Under the pieces are notes generated by a model, which saw only the letters and a program-made list of their open reading frames with translations, made no database searches and was not told the origin of the DNA. Shown here one piece after another: positions 1 through 9,587 of a stretch of DNA of 64,000 nt. The position numbers were made by a program, and so were the translations under genes. The stretch's first letter is position 1. Every line of letters starts with the position of its first letter. The stretch lies in the NCBI GenBank assembly GCA_963702005.1, contig OY969696.1:2208001-2272000 (forward strand), written 5' to 3'. The stretch is from Candidatus Aminicenantes bacterium (lineage in GTDB: Bacteria > Acidobacteriota > Aminicenantia > Aminicenantales > JAFGBC01).

Positions 1-1277
1 CTGGCCTCCTTTTCGGGCTGGCAGGGGAGCGCCTTTCCTTCCCGGCTGATCCGGGGAAGGAGATAGTCCTCGGACGAGTTGACCTCGGCCGGCTCGAACT
101 CGCAATCGATGATCGTATCGAATACCCAAGGGTGGGGATTGTAGACGAAGATCGGGATTTCGCCTTCTTCGGCCCGCGCCTCGCCTCCGGCCATCCGGAA
201 GAAAGCCTTGGCCTTGACGCGGGAGGCGATCTCGAGGCCGTGGTCGATGGTCCTCAGCGCGGAATCTTCGGCGGCCTCGATCGAGGAGCCGGGCAGGATA
301 TCGTGGAATTCGGCGAAAGCGAGGTCCCGCAGCGCGTCGTCCAGATCGGCTTTGGGGTAAGGCATCAGGCGCTGGACGAACGCGGCCGCCGCCATCTTCT
401 CGGCCGAGAAAATTTCATTCTCGAGTCTTCGGTGCTTGCGCTTGACCCGGGCCATTGAGGTATAGCATCCGGGCGCCCAAGGATTGAGGCTCTTGGCGAC
501 AATCGGGAGCTTCCGGCCCGAACGGGCCAGGTCCTTGAAATAAGCTTCGGGCGTCGAGTGGATGATGAGGTTGTCGCCGGCGTCCCGGGCCAGCTCGGCG
601 AGATCCTCCAGATCCCGGCGCGAGGCGCCGCCGCCGTGGTTACCGACGCCCCAGAGCAGGATGCTCAGCGGCGCGGCTGGCTTCCGCTTCAGCCAGTCCT
701 CGACCTTGACCCGAGCCCGGCCGAGGCCCGAGTTGTAATGGGCCGTCGCGCGCGCGGCCACGACCCGTGATCCGTCGAACCCGACCCAGATGAACTCCTC
801 AGCCGGAAGAGGGCATTCGGCCTGGGACGGTCTGCAGAATAAATAAGAATCGTACCCGCTCTTGGCCAGGATCTGGGGGATGCCCCGGCCGTGTCCGAAG
901 GGGTCGAGGTTGACGGCCGTCGTCGGCTCGGCGCCGAATTTATCCTTGAAATAGGCCTTTCCGAGCATGATCTGGCGGACGACGGACTCGCCGCTCGGCA
1001 TGTTGCAGTCGGGCTGGAGGTGCCAGCCGCCCATGATGTGCCAGCGTCCGCCGCGAACGAGCCGCTGGATGCGGCGGAACAGGGCCGGCTCGTACTCTTC
1101 GACCCAGCGGTAGAGGACGGCTTCGTTGTGGTTGAAGATAAAAGCGGGGAATTCCCGGCAGAGGTCGGCCGCGGTCCGAAAGGTCGAAAGGGCCTCGCCC
1201 GCGCCCTCTTCCCATTCCCAGAGCCAGACCGGGTCGAGGTGCGCGTTGCAGACGAGGTGAATCTTTGTCTTGGGCAT
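1..1277 (-). CDS. Alpha-mannosidase, glycoside hydrolase family 38 (5' part; runs off window start)
   Basis: Minus strand from ATG at 1277 reads MPKTKIHLVCNAHLDPVWLWEWEEG...GGWHLQPDCNMPSGES...DPFGH, typical GH38 N-terminal Zn-binding motifs. Absent from the ORF track because it is truncated by the window edge. Confidence 0.85.
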   Translation of the reverse strand, partial: MPKTKIHLVCNAHLDPVWLWEWEEGAGEALSTFRTAADLCREFPAFIFNHNEAVLYRWVEEYEPALFRRIQRLVRGGRWHIMGGWHLQPDCNMPSGESVVRQIMLGKAYFKDKFGAEPTTAVNLDPFGHGRGIPQILAKSGYDSYLFCRPSQAECPLPAEEFIWVGFDGSRVVAARATAHYNSGLGRARVKVEDWLKRKPAAPLSILLWGVGNHGGGASRRDLEDLAELARDAGDNLIIHSTPEAYFKDLARSGRKLPIVAKSLNPWAPGCYTSMARVKRKHRRLENEIFSAEKMAAAAFVQRLMPYPKADLDDALRDLAFAEFHDILPGSSIEAAEDSALRTIDHGLEIASRVKAKAFFRMAGGEARAEEGEIPIFVYNPHPWVFDTIIDCEFEPAEVNSSEDYLLPRISREGKALPCQPEKEA

Positions 1278-1287
1278 GGTGCCGATC

Positions 1288-3318
1288 CTATCCCGTTGTG
1301 ATCCGAATTGTCGCGCCGTTCTCATCCCGCTCATAGGGGAGAAAAACGCCCTCTCGGCGCAAGAGACTGCGGCGTCCGCCGATCCAGACGGCGGGGCGGG
1401 ACCCGCGTCCCGCTTTTTCGAGGTCGAGCTTCAGGACGCGGCCCCGCAGGGGAATCTCGGCCTCGGCCTTTTTGATTCCGGCCGGAAGCCGGGGCCGGAG
1501 CAGGAGCCCGTCGAGTGTGGGACGGACGCCGAGCATGTGGCGAACGAGAAGAGAGATGATCTCCACCCAGGTCCAGGGAATGATCCCGACCTGGGGACAG
1601 GGAGGTACGGGCCGGGGTCCGTAGAATTCAAACCAGGAACCGGCCCGGCCCCCCTGGATTCGGCGCAGCCAGTTGAGGACGCGCCAAACCTTTGCGTCAT
1701 TTCCCGCCTCGAAATAGGCCCTGGCTACGAATAGAGACGCAAAAGACCACGGCCCCGGAGAATCCGGTTCCGAGCTGACATGGTAGCGGCCGTAGCCCCC
1801 GCCTGTCCAGCGCTGGTTCCAGAGCTTTTCGATTTCTCCCAGGGTCCGCCCGGCCAAGCCGCTTCGAGGCGGGATGAAGCCGAGGGCGATCGGAAGCGAC
1901 GTCGACGTATCCGGATCGAGGAGATGCCGGCCCGGCTGGAAGAGCGGGACGTCGGTGGCGAGGAGAAGGGTCGGCTCGGGCGTAATTTGCCTCTCGACTT
2001 CTCCGGAGACGAGGCGCCGCTTGAAGAGATGACCTTGGTCGACAAACCTGGAGCGCTTGTCTTCGAACGCGGCACGGCGCAGACGCCATCCCATCCGGAG
2101 CCAGCGTTCGGCCTCCCGGTCTTTGCCGAGCAGCCTGGCGATCCCGGCCGCGCTTCCCAAGCCGCGGGCCACGAAGAGATGGTGGGCCAGCTCGAATCCG
2201 TCTTCGATGCCGTGGGCGGCGTGGCGTTCCCAGAATTCGCGCTGGTTGTGAAGAAGACCCGAGGTGCGGGACCGGAACGAAGGCCGGAGCGGGAACTCGG
2301 CGATCCTCCGGATGTCCCGCCAGCGGCGGCGGAGGAAGGCCGTGTCGCCGCTCCAAGCGGCATAGGCATCCAGGGCGGAGAGGAGAACGCCGTTCTGATC
2401 GAACTCGCATTCCTCCCGAGGCCTGCGCCGGCTCGAATCGAATGTCGCGCCGTCCTCGGCGACGGACGAGTCGAGGATGCGGTCGAGGATGGTCCGGGCG
2501 GTCTCCAGGAAGCCGAGGGCGGCCAGCGCTTCGCTGACCAGGGCTTGGTCCCGGACCCATTCCAGATTGTACTGCCAGATGCTGCCGTCGAGCTTCCCGG
2601 ATCCGGCTACGACGGCCGGAAGCTGATGGCGGGCGGCCTTGAACAAATGGTCCAGCAGGGGATGATGGAAGCGGATGCGGGCCTTTTCGGTCCAGAAGGC
2701 CCGGGCGGCCGGGGCCGGGGCCGGCGCTCCGCACCAGGAACAAAAGGCCGAAAGGGAATGTCCTCGGCGGGCCAGGAGGTATTCGATGAAGAACGATCGT
2801 TCCTGGCCGGGCCTGAAACGGACGGTCCGGCGGAGCGCCTCATCCTTGAGGCCCGTCCTGAGCGTCAGCGTCCGAGAAGCCTGATGAGTGTTGCGGACGC
2901 GAATGTCCCTGACGAGTCGCGGCCGCGTCCGGTCGGGGCAGAAAAAGAATTCCGTGACGAGCCAGCCGGCCTCCGACCACGAGGCACGGAGTCCCGGAAT
3001 CCCATCCGCCTCCGTCCGGCGGACGCTGACGCGGCCGTGCCGCGCCGCGTGCCGATCCCGGGACGAGACGAGGATCAGGGCCGTTGCGCCGAGTCCCCCG
3101 TCCGCGTCGAGGCTTAAAGAGGCGCGCTTCGGTCCCAAGACTTCGGGATTCATCAGGAGGAGCCCGAGCGGGGTCGCCTGGCGGTAGCGGGAAACTTGGA
3201 GGGCGGCCTGGATGAGGCCGTTGCCCAGGAAGTAATATTCGGTCCCGGGAAGGTTTGTCCGGACGTCGGGATGGCCGCGCGACGGATCGTCCGCGTAGAG
3301 GTGCTCCTTGACATCCAT
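1288..3318 (-). CDS. (alpha/alpha)6-barrel glycoside hydrolase (GH15/amylo-alpha-1,6-glucosidase-like)
   Basis: Motifs 'YNLEWVRDQAL', 'EFDQNG', 'EFWER', 'GPWSFASL', 'IIPWTW'. Start placed at ATG 3318, 9 nt after a TATAAT box. Adjacent to the GH38 gene. Confidence 0.65.
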   Translation of the reverse strand: MDVKEHLYADDPSRGHPDVRTNLPGTEYYFLGNGLIQAALQVSRYRQATPLGLLLMNPEVLGPKRASLSLDADGGLGATALILVSSRDRHAARHGRVSVRRTEADGIPGLRASWSEAGWLVTEFFFCPDRTRPRLVRDIRVRNTHQASRTLTLRTGLKDEALRRTVRFRPGQERSFFIEYLLARRGHSLSAFCSWCGAPAPAPAARAFWTEKARIRFHHPLLDHLFKAARHQLPAVVAGSGKLDGSIWQYNLEWVRDQALVSEALAALGFLETARTILDRILDSSVAEDGATFDSSRRRPREECEFDQNGVLLSALDAYAAWSGDTAFLRRRWRDIRRIAEFPLRPSFRSRTSGLLHNQREFWERHAAHGIEDGFELAHHLFVARGLGSAAGIARLLGKDREAERWLRMGWRLRRAAFEDKRSRFVDQGHLFKRRLVSGEVERQITPEPTLLLATDVPLFQPGRHLLDPDTSTSLPIALGFIPPRSGLAGRTLGEIEKLWNQRWTGGGYGRYHVSSEPDSPGPWSFASLFVARAYFEAGNDAKVWRVLNWLRRIQGGRAGSWFEFYGPRPVPPCPQVGIIPWTWVEIISLLVRHMLGVRPTLDGLLLRPRLPAGIKKAEAEIPLRGRVLKLDLEKAGRGSRPAVWIGGRRSLLRREGVFLPYERDENGATIRITTG

Positions 3319-3372
3319 AAGGGCCCCATTATATCCCGGCCCGGCTGCCGGAATCAAAATGGCGGCCCGGGG

Positions 3373-4008
3373 TCAGACGAAGATTGTGGCCAGAGTGTAG
3401 ATTGCGAAACCGAAAAGCATCAGGGCCAGGCCGATGAAGATTCTCTTGAAGGTCTTGGGTTGGAACTGAAGATGGTGCTTGGCGACGAAGCGGATCAGCA
3501 TGAAGTACCAGAGTAGGCTCCCCAGCCCGCAGGCCACGGAGAAGACGATCGGGCGCCAGCCGCTGTTGGACATATGGGTCCAAGGGTGGGCGGTCGTCAT
3601 GCCGGCGACGCCGAGCCAGAAGATGTAGATGGTCGGGTTCGAGATGTAGAGAAGGATGACCCCCAGGATCGGCTTGGCGTTGAGGGGCGGGATGTCCTGC
3701 GGAGTCACGGGCCGAGTGAAGGTCTTGCCCTGGCGGTAGAGCCGGGTGCTGAGAATGATCAAGACGAAAGAGGCCAGCACTTTCATCGGGATGAGGTATT
3801 TCATCATCGGGTCCGTGATCTGGGAGATCCCGATGAGGGCGATCAGGCAGTAGGCGGCGTCGAGAACGGATGTCGTCAGACCGCCGGAGATGCCGTGGAT
3901 GAAGCCTCTCTTCAGCGTCTGAGAGATGACATAGACATTGACAGGACCGAGCGGGATGGCGGCCAGGAAGCCGACGGCCAGTCCCACGATAATGATAATC
4001 CCCGCCAC
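3373..4008 (-). CDS. LysE/RhtB-family translocator
   Basis: 'AAIPLGPVNVYVISQTLKRG', 'ISNP' and multiple hydrophobic helices over 211 aa. Confidence 0.85.
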   Translation of the reverse strand: MAGIIIIVGLAVGFLAAIPLGPVNVYVISQTLKRGFIHGISGGLTTSVLDAAYCLIALIGISQITDPMMKYLIPMKVLASFVLIILSTRLYRQGKTFTRPVTPQDIPPLNAKPILGVILLYISNPTIYIFWLGVAGMTTAHPWTHMSNSGWRPIVFSVACGLGSLLWYFMLIRFVAKHHLQFQPKTFKRIFIGLALMLFGFAIYTLATIFV

Positions 4009-4144
4009 GCGGTTTTAACTCCTTGATCGAGAGAAAACATTTTATAGCAGAAGCGGACGCCGCTGTCAATTTGATAGATCAATCCCCTGCGCGGGAAGAG
4101 AGCGACGGGGAGAATAACGCCGCAGAGCAAGCCGCGTACTCGGG

Positions 4145-4726
4145 TCACAAGTGAAACGAAGTCCCCAGCCCGAGGCCGAACCTCCATCCTCCGAGATCGA
4201 CTTCGATGTCGAAGGGTTTGACCTTGAGCGGAATGTAGTGGGCTTCGATGAATCCGAACAGACCGGCCGCCAGCTTCGCCCGCACGCCCGCGCCGAAGAG
4301 GAGTGAGGTTTTCCGCCCCTTGGCCTGCAAGGAAAGGGGAAACGAGCTTTCGATCGTCTGCCTGTAAGAGAGGCCCGCGAGTCCGGCTTTGATGTAGGGA
4401 GCCCAGCGTCGGTCCAAGATCTTCCAAAGGGCGAATGCCTCCCAGCCTCGGACGGAAAGGTCGGTCTTTTCCTTGTAGAGGCCGATTTCCCCGGAACGGC
4501 AGTAGCCGAACTCGTAGCCCAGGGCGAGCGACAGGCCGTCCAGGACGCGCACGCCCAGGAAAGGGGCGGCCGCGTAGCCATTCCCGTAGACCTCTCGGAT
4601 CTGGCGGCTCCCCACGGTCCGAAAGGCGCCGAAAAGCGCGAGATCTAAGCTCAGGGGTTCGGCGCAAGAGACGAGAAGAAAGGTCAGCAGGATAAAGCCA
4701 AACCCAAGAAATTTCAATCCCCTCAT
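4145..4726 (-). CDS. Outer-membrane beta-barrel protein
   Basis: Signal peptide, alternating hydrophobic beta strands, 'PYIKAG' motif and aromatic C-terminal strand. Confidence 0.65.
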   Translation of the reverse strand: MRGLKFLGFGFILLTFLLVSCAEPLSLDLALFGAFRTVGSRQIREVYGNGYAAAPFLGVRVLDGLSLALGYEFGYCRSGEIGLYKEKTDLSVRGWEAFALWKILDRRWAPYIKAGLAGLSYRQTIESSFPLSLQAKGRKTSLLFGAGVRAKLAAGLFGFIEAHYIPLKVKPFDIEVDLGGWRFGLGLGTSFHL

Positions 4727-4762
4727 ATCCTTAGCGGACCGGAGCAGGGCGGCGCGCCCGCC

Positions 4763-5011
4763 CTACAACTTGGGAAGCGTCGAAGTGGGGGAGGGCTTTT
4801 TTTCTTCTTCCTGCTCGACCTCGAGGCCGAGGAGCTTGGCGGCGCCGTCAAAGATCATCTTGAGGGACTTCTTGGATTCCTGGAGCTCGGCCAGCCGCTC
4901 GCGGACCTTCAGGAGTTCCTTCTCAACCTGGGCGTCGATCCCGTCGAGCTGATGCTTGACCTCTTCCATGGTCTTTTTGTAAAGATCCTCTTGCTCCTTG
5001 TTTAGAGACAT
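4763..5011 (-). CDS. Small coiled-coil hypothetical protein
   Basis: ATG at 5011 preceded by AAGGAG; 82 aa with a heptad pattern (MSLNKEQEDLYKK...). Confidence 0.7.
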   Translation of the reverse strand: MSLNKEQEDLYKKTMEEVKHQLDGIDAQVEKELLKVRERLAELQESKKSLKMIFDGAAKLLGLEVEQEEEKKPSPTSTLPKL

Positions 5012-5033
5012 CGTGGGCTCCTTGGATTGTGAA

Positions 5034-6599
5034 TCACTTTCTGAAGACGATGTTGAACGGTTTCCAGACCTTGACCCGGGCTCCATCTTTGATGGCGGGT
5101 CTGAATTTCCACTGCCTCATGGATGTCTCGGCGGCTCGGTCGAAGCCGAAACTCCCCTTTATCCCCCTCAGGATGGTCGTTTGGGTGACATCTCCGCTTT
5201 CGGAGATCAGCGCGTTGACCGTCACGACGCCTTCGATGCCGATCCTTCGGGCCATCTCGGGATAGATCGGTTGGACCCTTTTGGTCTCGACCGGCTGAGT
5301 GTCAACCTGGTCCAGCGGAATAAGGTCGCCCTCCTGAGCCTTACGGACCACCGGCTGGGACGACTCGGCCAGAGCAGGTTCCGTCTTTTCCGGAGCCGCT
5401 TCCGCTGGCTGAGGCTGGTTCTGGATCTGGAGCGTGGGCGTCTGAGCCGGGAGGATGGGGGCCAGCGTGTCCGACGTCCTTCCCGGCTGGGGAGCGGCCG
5501 TCTGGCCTCTGGAGGACCCGGCCGGGGTCGCCTGGGGCTTGGCGGCCGGCTTGGACTCGGCAGCTTGGGGCTGGGTTTGCTGCTGGGAGCCGTTCGGATT
5601 GGACGCCGGCTGTTGAGCGGCGGCATTTGTTTCCGGCACGTTACCGGGGGGGTTCTCAGCGGGCGTTTGAATGCCGGACGGCGTCGCCTCAGTCTGCTGG
5701 GCCGTCTCGACCAGGCCGGTCTCGCTCTTCTTCGGCTTGAGGACGAACATGACGAGGAGCGCGATGACGACGAGGCCGGCGCCGATCCCGATGATGAGCC
5801 CCACCTTCGATTTCTTCTTCTCGGGTTCTTCAATATATCCACCGAACGGCACCGAACCGGGCCGCGCCTCGACGCGCTTTTCTTCATGCTCCCGGACAGC
5901 CGGGGGGACGGTTTCTTCGAGGGCGGGAGGCGTGAAGACGGGCATCTCCTTGGGCTTTTTGGCCTTTTCTTTGGGAAGCTCGGGCTTCTCTTCGTGGCCG
6001 CTCTTGAGACCAAAGTCGGCCAGGGCGCTTTGCAGGATCGTGTCGATTTCGGCCTCGACGTCGGTGGCCCCTTCGGGCGGCTCGACCTTGGCCGTCGAGT
6101 CCTTACCCCCGGGCATCAGCAGACCCCATTCTTCGCTGAAGTCCAGCGCCTTGTCCTTGGCCTGGGCCGGAGCCGGTTCGGCCGCTTCCGGTTCGGGCGG
6201 TGCGGCCTCCGCGGCCGGCTGTTTCTCTCCTTTAAGGAGGTCCCGGAAGACGGGCTGGAGATCTTCTTTTTTCCAGGGTTTCTCGAAAAAGGCGGAAGCC
6301 CCGTAGAACCGGATGGCTTCCGATTTGTAGACCGATTCCCGATAGATGCCGGTCACGATGATGACGGGCACTTTCTTGGCGGAGTCATAAGCGATCTTCT
6401 TGCAGAGCTCGAACCCATGGAGCTTGGGCAGCATGGCCTCCATGATGACGAGGTCGGGCCGTTCGGCCTTGAACTTCTCGAGGCCGGTGATTCCGTCGCT
6501 GGCGGTGACGACGTCGCAACCCTCGCTCTGCGCGAAATCGGACAGCGATTTTAAGGATTCCGCATCGTAATCGATGATCAGCACCTTTTTCTGGCTCAT
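5034..6599 (-). CDS. Response-regulator receiver domain fused to membrane anchor and TonB C-terminal domain
   Basis: N-terminal REC fold (KKVLIIDYD...FFEKPW), one TM helix, Pro/Gln-rich linker, TonB_C (PIYPEMARRIGIEGVV...WKFRPA). Confidence 0.85.
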   Translation of the reverse strand: MSQKKVLIIDYDAESLKSLSDFAQSEGCDVVTASDGITGLEKFKAERPDLVIMEAMLPKLHGFELCKKIAYDSAKKVPVIIVTGIYRESVYKSEAIRFYGASAFFEKPWKKEDLQPVFRDLLKGEKQPAAEAAPPEPEAAEPAPAQAKDKALDFSEEWGLLMPGGKDSTAKVEPPEGATDVEAEIDTILQSALADFGLKSGHEEKPELPKEKAKKPKEMPVFTPPALEETVPPAVREHEEKRVEARPGSVPFGGYIEEPEKKKSKVGLIIGIGAGLVVIALLVMFVLKPKKSETGLVETAQQTEATPSGIQTPAENPPGNVPETNAAAQQPASNPNGSQQQTQPQAAESKPAAKPQATPAGSSRGQTAAPQPGRTSDTLAPILPAQTPTLQIQNQPQPAEAAPEKTEPALAESSQPVVRKAQEGDLIPLDQVDTQPVETKRVQPIYPEMARRIGIEGVVTVNALISESGDVTQTTILRGIKGSFGFDRAAETSMRQWKFRPAIKDGARVKVWKPFNIVFRK

Positions 6600-6758
6600 G
6601 CGCTGCCCTTCCTTTATTCGAAATCCGGCTTTTCCCTCGCCGGGAGGGTTAGGGCCGAGGAGGTATCTGCCCGCAAGTCTATTTTCATCGAAGGCGGCTA
6701 AACGTCAATCACCCTTTGAGGTGATTCCCAGGATGAAATTCCCCTCTTGGGGGGGGTG

Positions 6759-8537
6759 TTAGGACCGTCCTCGCCGAAAGCGATGAAACGAGGAAGCGGA
6801 TTGGGGTGAGTGAGGGGTCTCGAACCCCCAACCTTTGTCTTTTCTGCTCCCCGGACGGGTGCCGGGGCCGAGAATGGGCCGGCCCGGGCGCGCGTCCGTG
6901 ATCTTTCCTCCGTCGACGACCAGCTCTCCGTTGACCGCTACATATTCGAAGCCCTGGCTATAGTGGTTAGGGTCGGCATAGGTTGAGCGCTCCTGAACCG
7001 TGTCGGGGTCAAAAGCTACGATGTCCGCCGCCATCCCCGGCCGCAGCAGGCCTCGGTCGCGAAGACGCATCCGAGAGGCTGGCAACGAAGTCATCTTGCG
7101 GACCGCCTCTTCGAGCGGGATCAGCTTGACCTCGCGCACGTAGTGGCCAAGGATGCGGGCGGTCGTCGCCCAGGCCCTCGGATGTGATTTCTCGCGGGAA
7201 AAAATTCCGTCCTCGGCCGAAGTCTCCGAGTCGGTGCACATGGAAACCAGCGGATGCCTGAGCGCCGCTCGCACGTCCTCCTCGCTCATTCCGAAGGTCA
7301 CGCGCATCGTGTTCCCGCGGTCGGCGAGCACGATGTCCATGACGGTGTCGAGAGGATCCTTACCTTCGTCCCGCGCGATCTCGGCGATCGTCTGGCCCTC
7401 ATATTTCTTGAGGTCAAGATTGAGGACGCTCGTGATGAGAATACGCGAGGCGCCCTCGGGCCAGTCGGGATTTTCCGCCAGGAATTCGCGTTTGGCACGG
7501 CCGCGCGTCGTCGGGTCGCGGAGTCGTGCCAGGAGCTGCTCGAGGCTCCCTTCCTGAAGCCATGAGGGTAGACTGTCCACGAGTCCATTCGAACTCGCCG
7601 TCCACGGATATTGGTCGGCGGAGACATCCAGGCCCTGCGCCCGCGCCTCCTCCAGCCTCCTGAGGACGGCAGGCATGAGGCCCCAGTTTTCCTTTCCGGA
7701 CGTTTTGAGGTGGTAGATCTCCGCTGGAATCGCCGCTTCACGTGCGATGCGGAACACCTCATCCAGGCTGGCGTCGATGCCGCCATTATTGTCGTTACCC
7801 TCGTCCCGCTGGTGTGTGATGTAGCTTCCACCGTAGGAAGCGGCGATGCGGGCGAGGGCGATGATCTCATCCGTCGAGGCGTAGCGGTCGGGCACGTAAA
7901 TGAGCGCAGTCGACAGCCCCAGGGCCCCTTCTTCCATGGCCCGGGCCACGGCCGCCTTCATGATCTCGAGCTCCTCCGGCCGGGCACGGCGGTTTTCTTT
8001 GCCGATGACGAGATTGCGGATGCCGCCGGCGCCCACAAATGTCCCCAAATTGACGGCGGACCGTGCCCGCATGAACGCTTCCCAGTAGCCGGCAAGCGTC
8101 GTCCAATCGGGAGTCAGCCCGTACCGGCTCCAGACATCCCGCCCTTCTTCGATCATCCGTTGGTTCAGCGGGCCGATCGACGAACCCTCGCCCGTGATCT
8201 CGGTCGTGATGCCCTGGGTGATCTTGCTCGCGACGCGATTATCGACAAGGATCCTGTATTCGGACTGCCCCATCATGTCAATGAATCCGGGGGCGATGAC
8301 GAGGTGCGAGGCGTCGATCCGGCGCCTGGCAGTGGCCTTGGCGAGATTCCCGATAGCGGCGATCCGGTCACCGACGACGCCGACGTCGGCCCGGAACCAG
8401 GGCGCGCCGGTCCCGTCGACCACGCGGCCGCCCGCGAAAATCAGATCATAGACGGGTCCCTGGCCAAGACAAAGGCCCGCCGTGAGAATGAGCCCGATGA
8501 CCGTTCCGCTAAAGATTCTTATTTTGGCAGCGCCCAA
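6759..8537 (-). CDS. N-acyl-D-amino-acid deacylase (amidohydrolase family)
   Basis: 'YDLIFAGGRVVDGTG', 'APGFIDM', 'GLSTALIYVP', 'SHPRAW', 'GMAADIVAFD'. TTG start at 8537 after a GAGGAGG SD; signal peptide present. Confidence 0.9.
   Translation of the reverse strand: MGAAKIRIFSGTVIGLILTAGLCLGQGPVYDLIFAGGRVVDGTGAPWFRADVGVVGDRIAAIGNLAKATARRRIDASHLVIAPGFIDMMGQSEYRILVDNRVASKITQGITTEITGEGSSIGPLNQRMIEEGRDVWSRYGLTPDWTTLAGYWEAFMRARSAVNLGTFVGAGGIRNLVIGKENRRARPEELEIMKAAVARAMEEGALGLSTALIYVPDRYASTDEIIALARIAASYGGSYITHQRDEGNDNNGGIDASLDEVFRIAREAAIPAEIYHLKTSGKENWGLMPAVLRRLEEARAQGLDVSADQYPWTASSNGLVDSLPSWLQEGSLEQLLARLRDPTTRGRAKREFLAENPDWPEGASRILITSVLNLDLKKYEGQTIAEIARDEGKDPLDTVMDIVLADRGNTMRVTFGMSEEDVRAALRHPLVSMCTDSETSAEDGIFSREKSHPRAWATTARILGHYVREVKLIPLEEAVRKMTSLPASRMRLRDRGLLRPGMAADIVAFDPDTVQERSTYADPNHYSQGFEYVAVNGELVVDGGKITDARPGRPILGPGTRPGSRKDKGWGFETPHSPQSASSFHRFRRGRS
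6802..6835 (-). repeat. att-like 34-bp direct repeat of the tRNA-His 3' end
   Basis: tggggtgagtgaggggtctcgaacccccaacctt is identical to 16851-16884. Confidence 0.9.
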
Positions 8538-8896
8538 TTCGCCCTCCTCTTCGGCACATCCAATGCCTGGGAATAACCCAGCCTCTTTCTCTAACCGGCA
8601 ACCTGCGGGTTTGGGTCGGGGTTCTCCTGATCCCACGCCGCTGAACCTGCGCCGCAGAAAGTATAGGTGCCGGCCTGGAGCGATGTCAACTTGACCTGCC
8701 TTTATAAGATTGGGCCGGATATGGAAGTGGTATAGAGCAAGAAATTCGGAACTTAGACCCATCCTTAAATCGGCCCCGATGCCTCGCTAGGTACTGCCCA
8801 TTGGTGGAGGGGCACTCAGGTCCCCTTCAGCCCGGCCAGCCACATCCTGGCATCTTCAGGCTCTGCCGTTTATCGAATGGGATTTCGTTTTGCCCT

Positions 8897-9211
8897 CTAG
8901 TGAGTTGAGCGCTCGACAATCGCTTCCACTACCTCCATTATGACGAGGAGGACGGCAATAAACCCAAAGACCACGGCCAATATCACGACGGGTGAGCGGT
9001 CCTTGAACTTAATTAAGCTTACGATCCCGGTAACGAAAGCGGCAATTCCGGATATCATCATGGATGTTCCCAGCATAATAAGGAGGGGGCTCCCGATTTT
9101 CATTCCTTTCAATCCCAATAAATTCCTCCTGTTAAGAACCGCAATAAGAAGCGCAACGAACACGGCCATCAATATGCCGGCCCATTTTCCGAGTTTTGTT
9201 TTCGGCATCAT
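8897..9211 (-). CDS. Small 3-TM membrane protein
   Basis: MMPKTKLGKWAGILM...; hydrophobic helices; own promoter TTGACT-17-TATCCT at 9270-9242. Confidence 0.7.
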   Translation of the reverse strand: MMPKTKLGKWAGILMAVFVALLIAVLNRRNLLGLKGMKIGSPLLIMLGTSMMISGIAAFVTGIVSLIKFKDRSPVVILAVVFGFIAVLLVIMEVVEAIVERSTH

Positions 9212-9397
9212 TTTCCCCTTTCCCCTTTGTTTGCTGGTCAAAGGATAACGCCGTCGGGAAGGGAAGTCAATTAGTGGTGGCCTGTATGCTCAACGAGGCA
9301 TCACGCATACGAAGGCAGTCGGTCAGCACGGCACAATCAGCTGGGGGATGATGGGTCTGGCCTGCATAGGGGGCTTTCGGGGCTGCTGGACGCGGGC

Positions 9398-9522
9398 AGA
9401 CTCCGCCGCCGTGTCACACCGTTGTCACAAAAAGTGCTAAAACTCGTCTACTTCGGACTAAAGGTGCTTAAAAGGAAAACTTAGGAAACCTTAGATTATC
9501 AGGGAAAACGAGGGGATTAAGC
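9398..9522. repeat. Putative integrase arm region, copy 1
   Basis: AGACTCCGCC...TGTCACA-ccgt-TGTCACA (9412-9429); homologous to 11781-11905 and abuts a tRNA fragment. Confidence 0.65.
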
Positions 9523-9565
9523 TGGCTGGGAAGCAAGGATTCGAACCTCCGACCTTTGGATCCGG
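9523..9565 (-). repeat. Chimeric tRNA 3' fragment (Arg-CCG-like anticodon/T-arm 5' side plus Gln-like T-arm 3' side and acceptor, CCA)
   Basis: Minus strand reads CCGGATCCAAAGGTCGGAGGTTCGAATCCTTGCTTCCCAGCCA; 9536-9565 is identical to 10130-10159. Confidence 0.75.
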
Positions 9566-9587
9566 GAGGGAGGCCGACGACCTATCC

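Noticed and set aside
8538-8762. N-terminal extensions in the ORF track (D-aminoacylase, also hypE, ychF, CBS protein, kinase, MscS)
   Set aside because: Downstream starts fit the SD sequences, promoters or family N-termini better.
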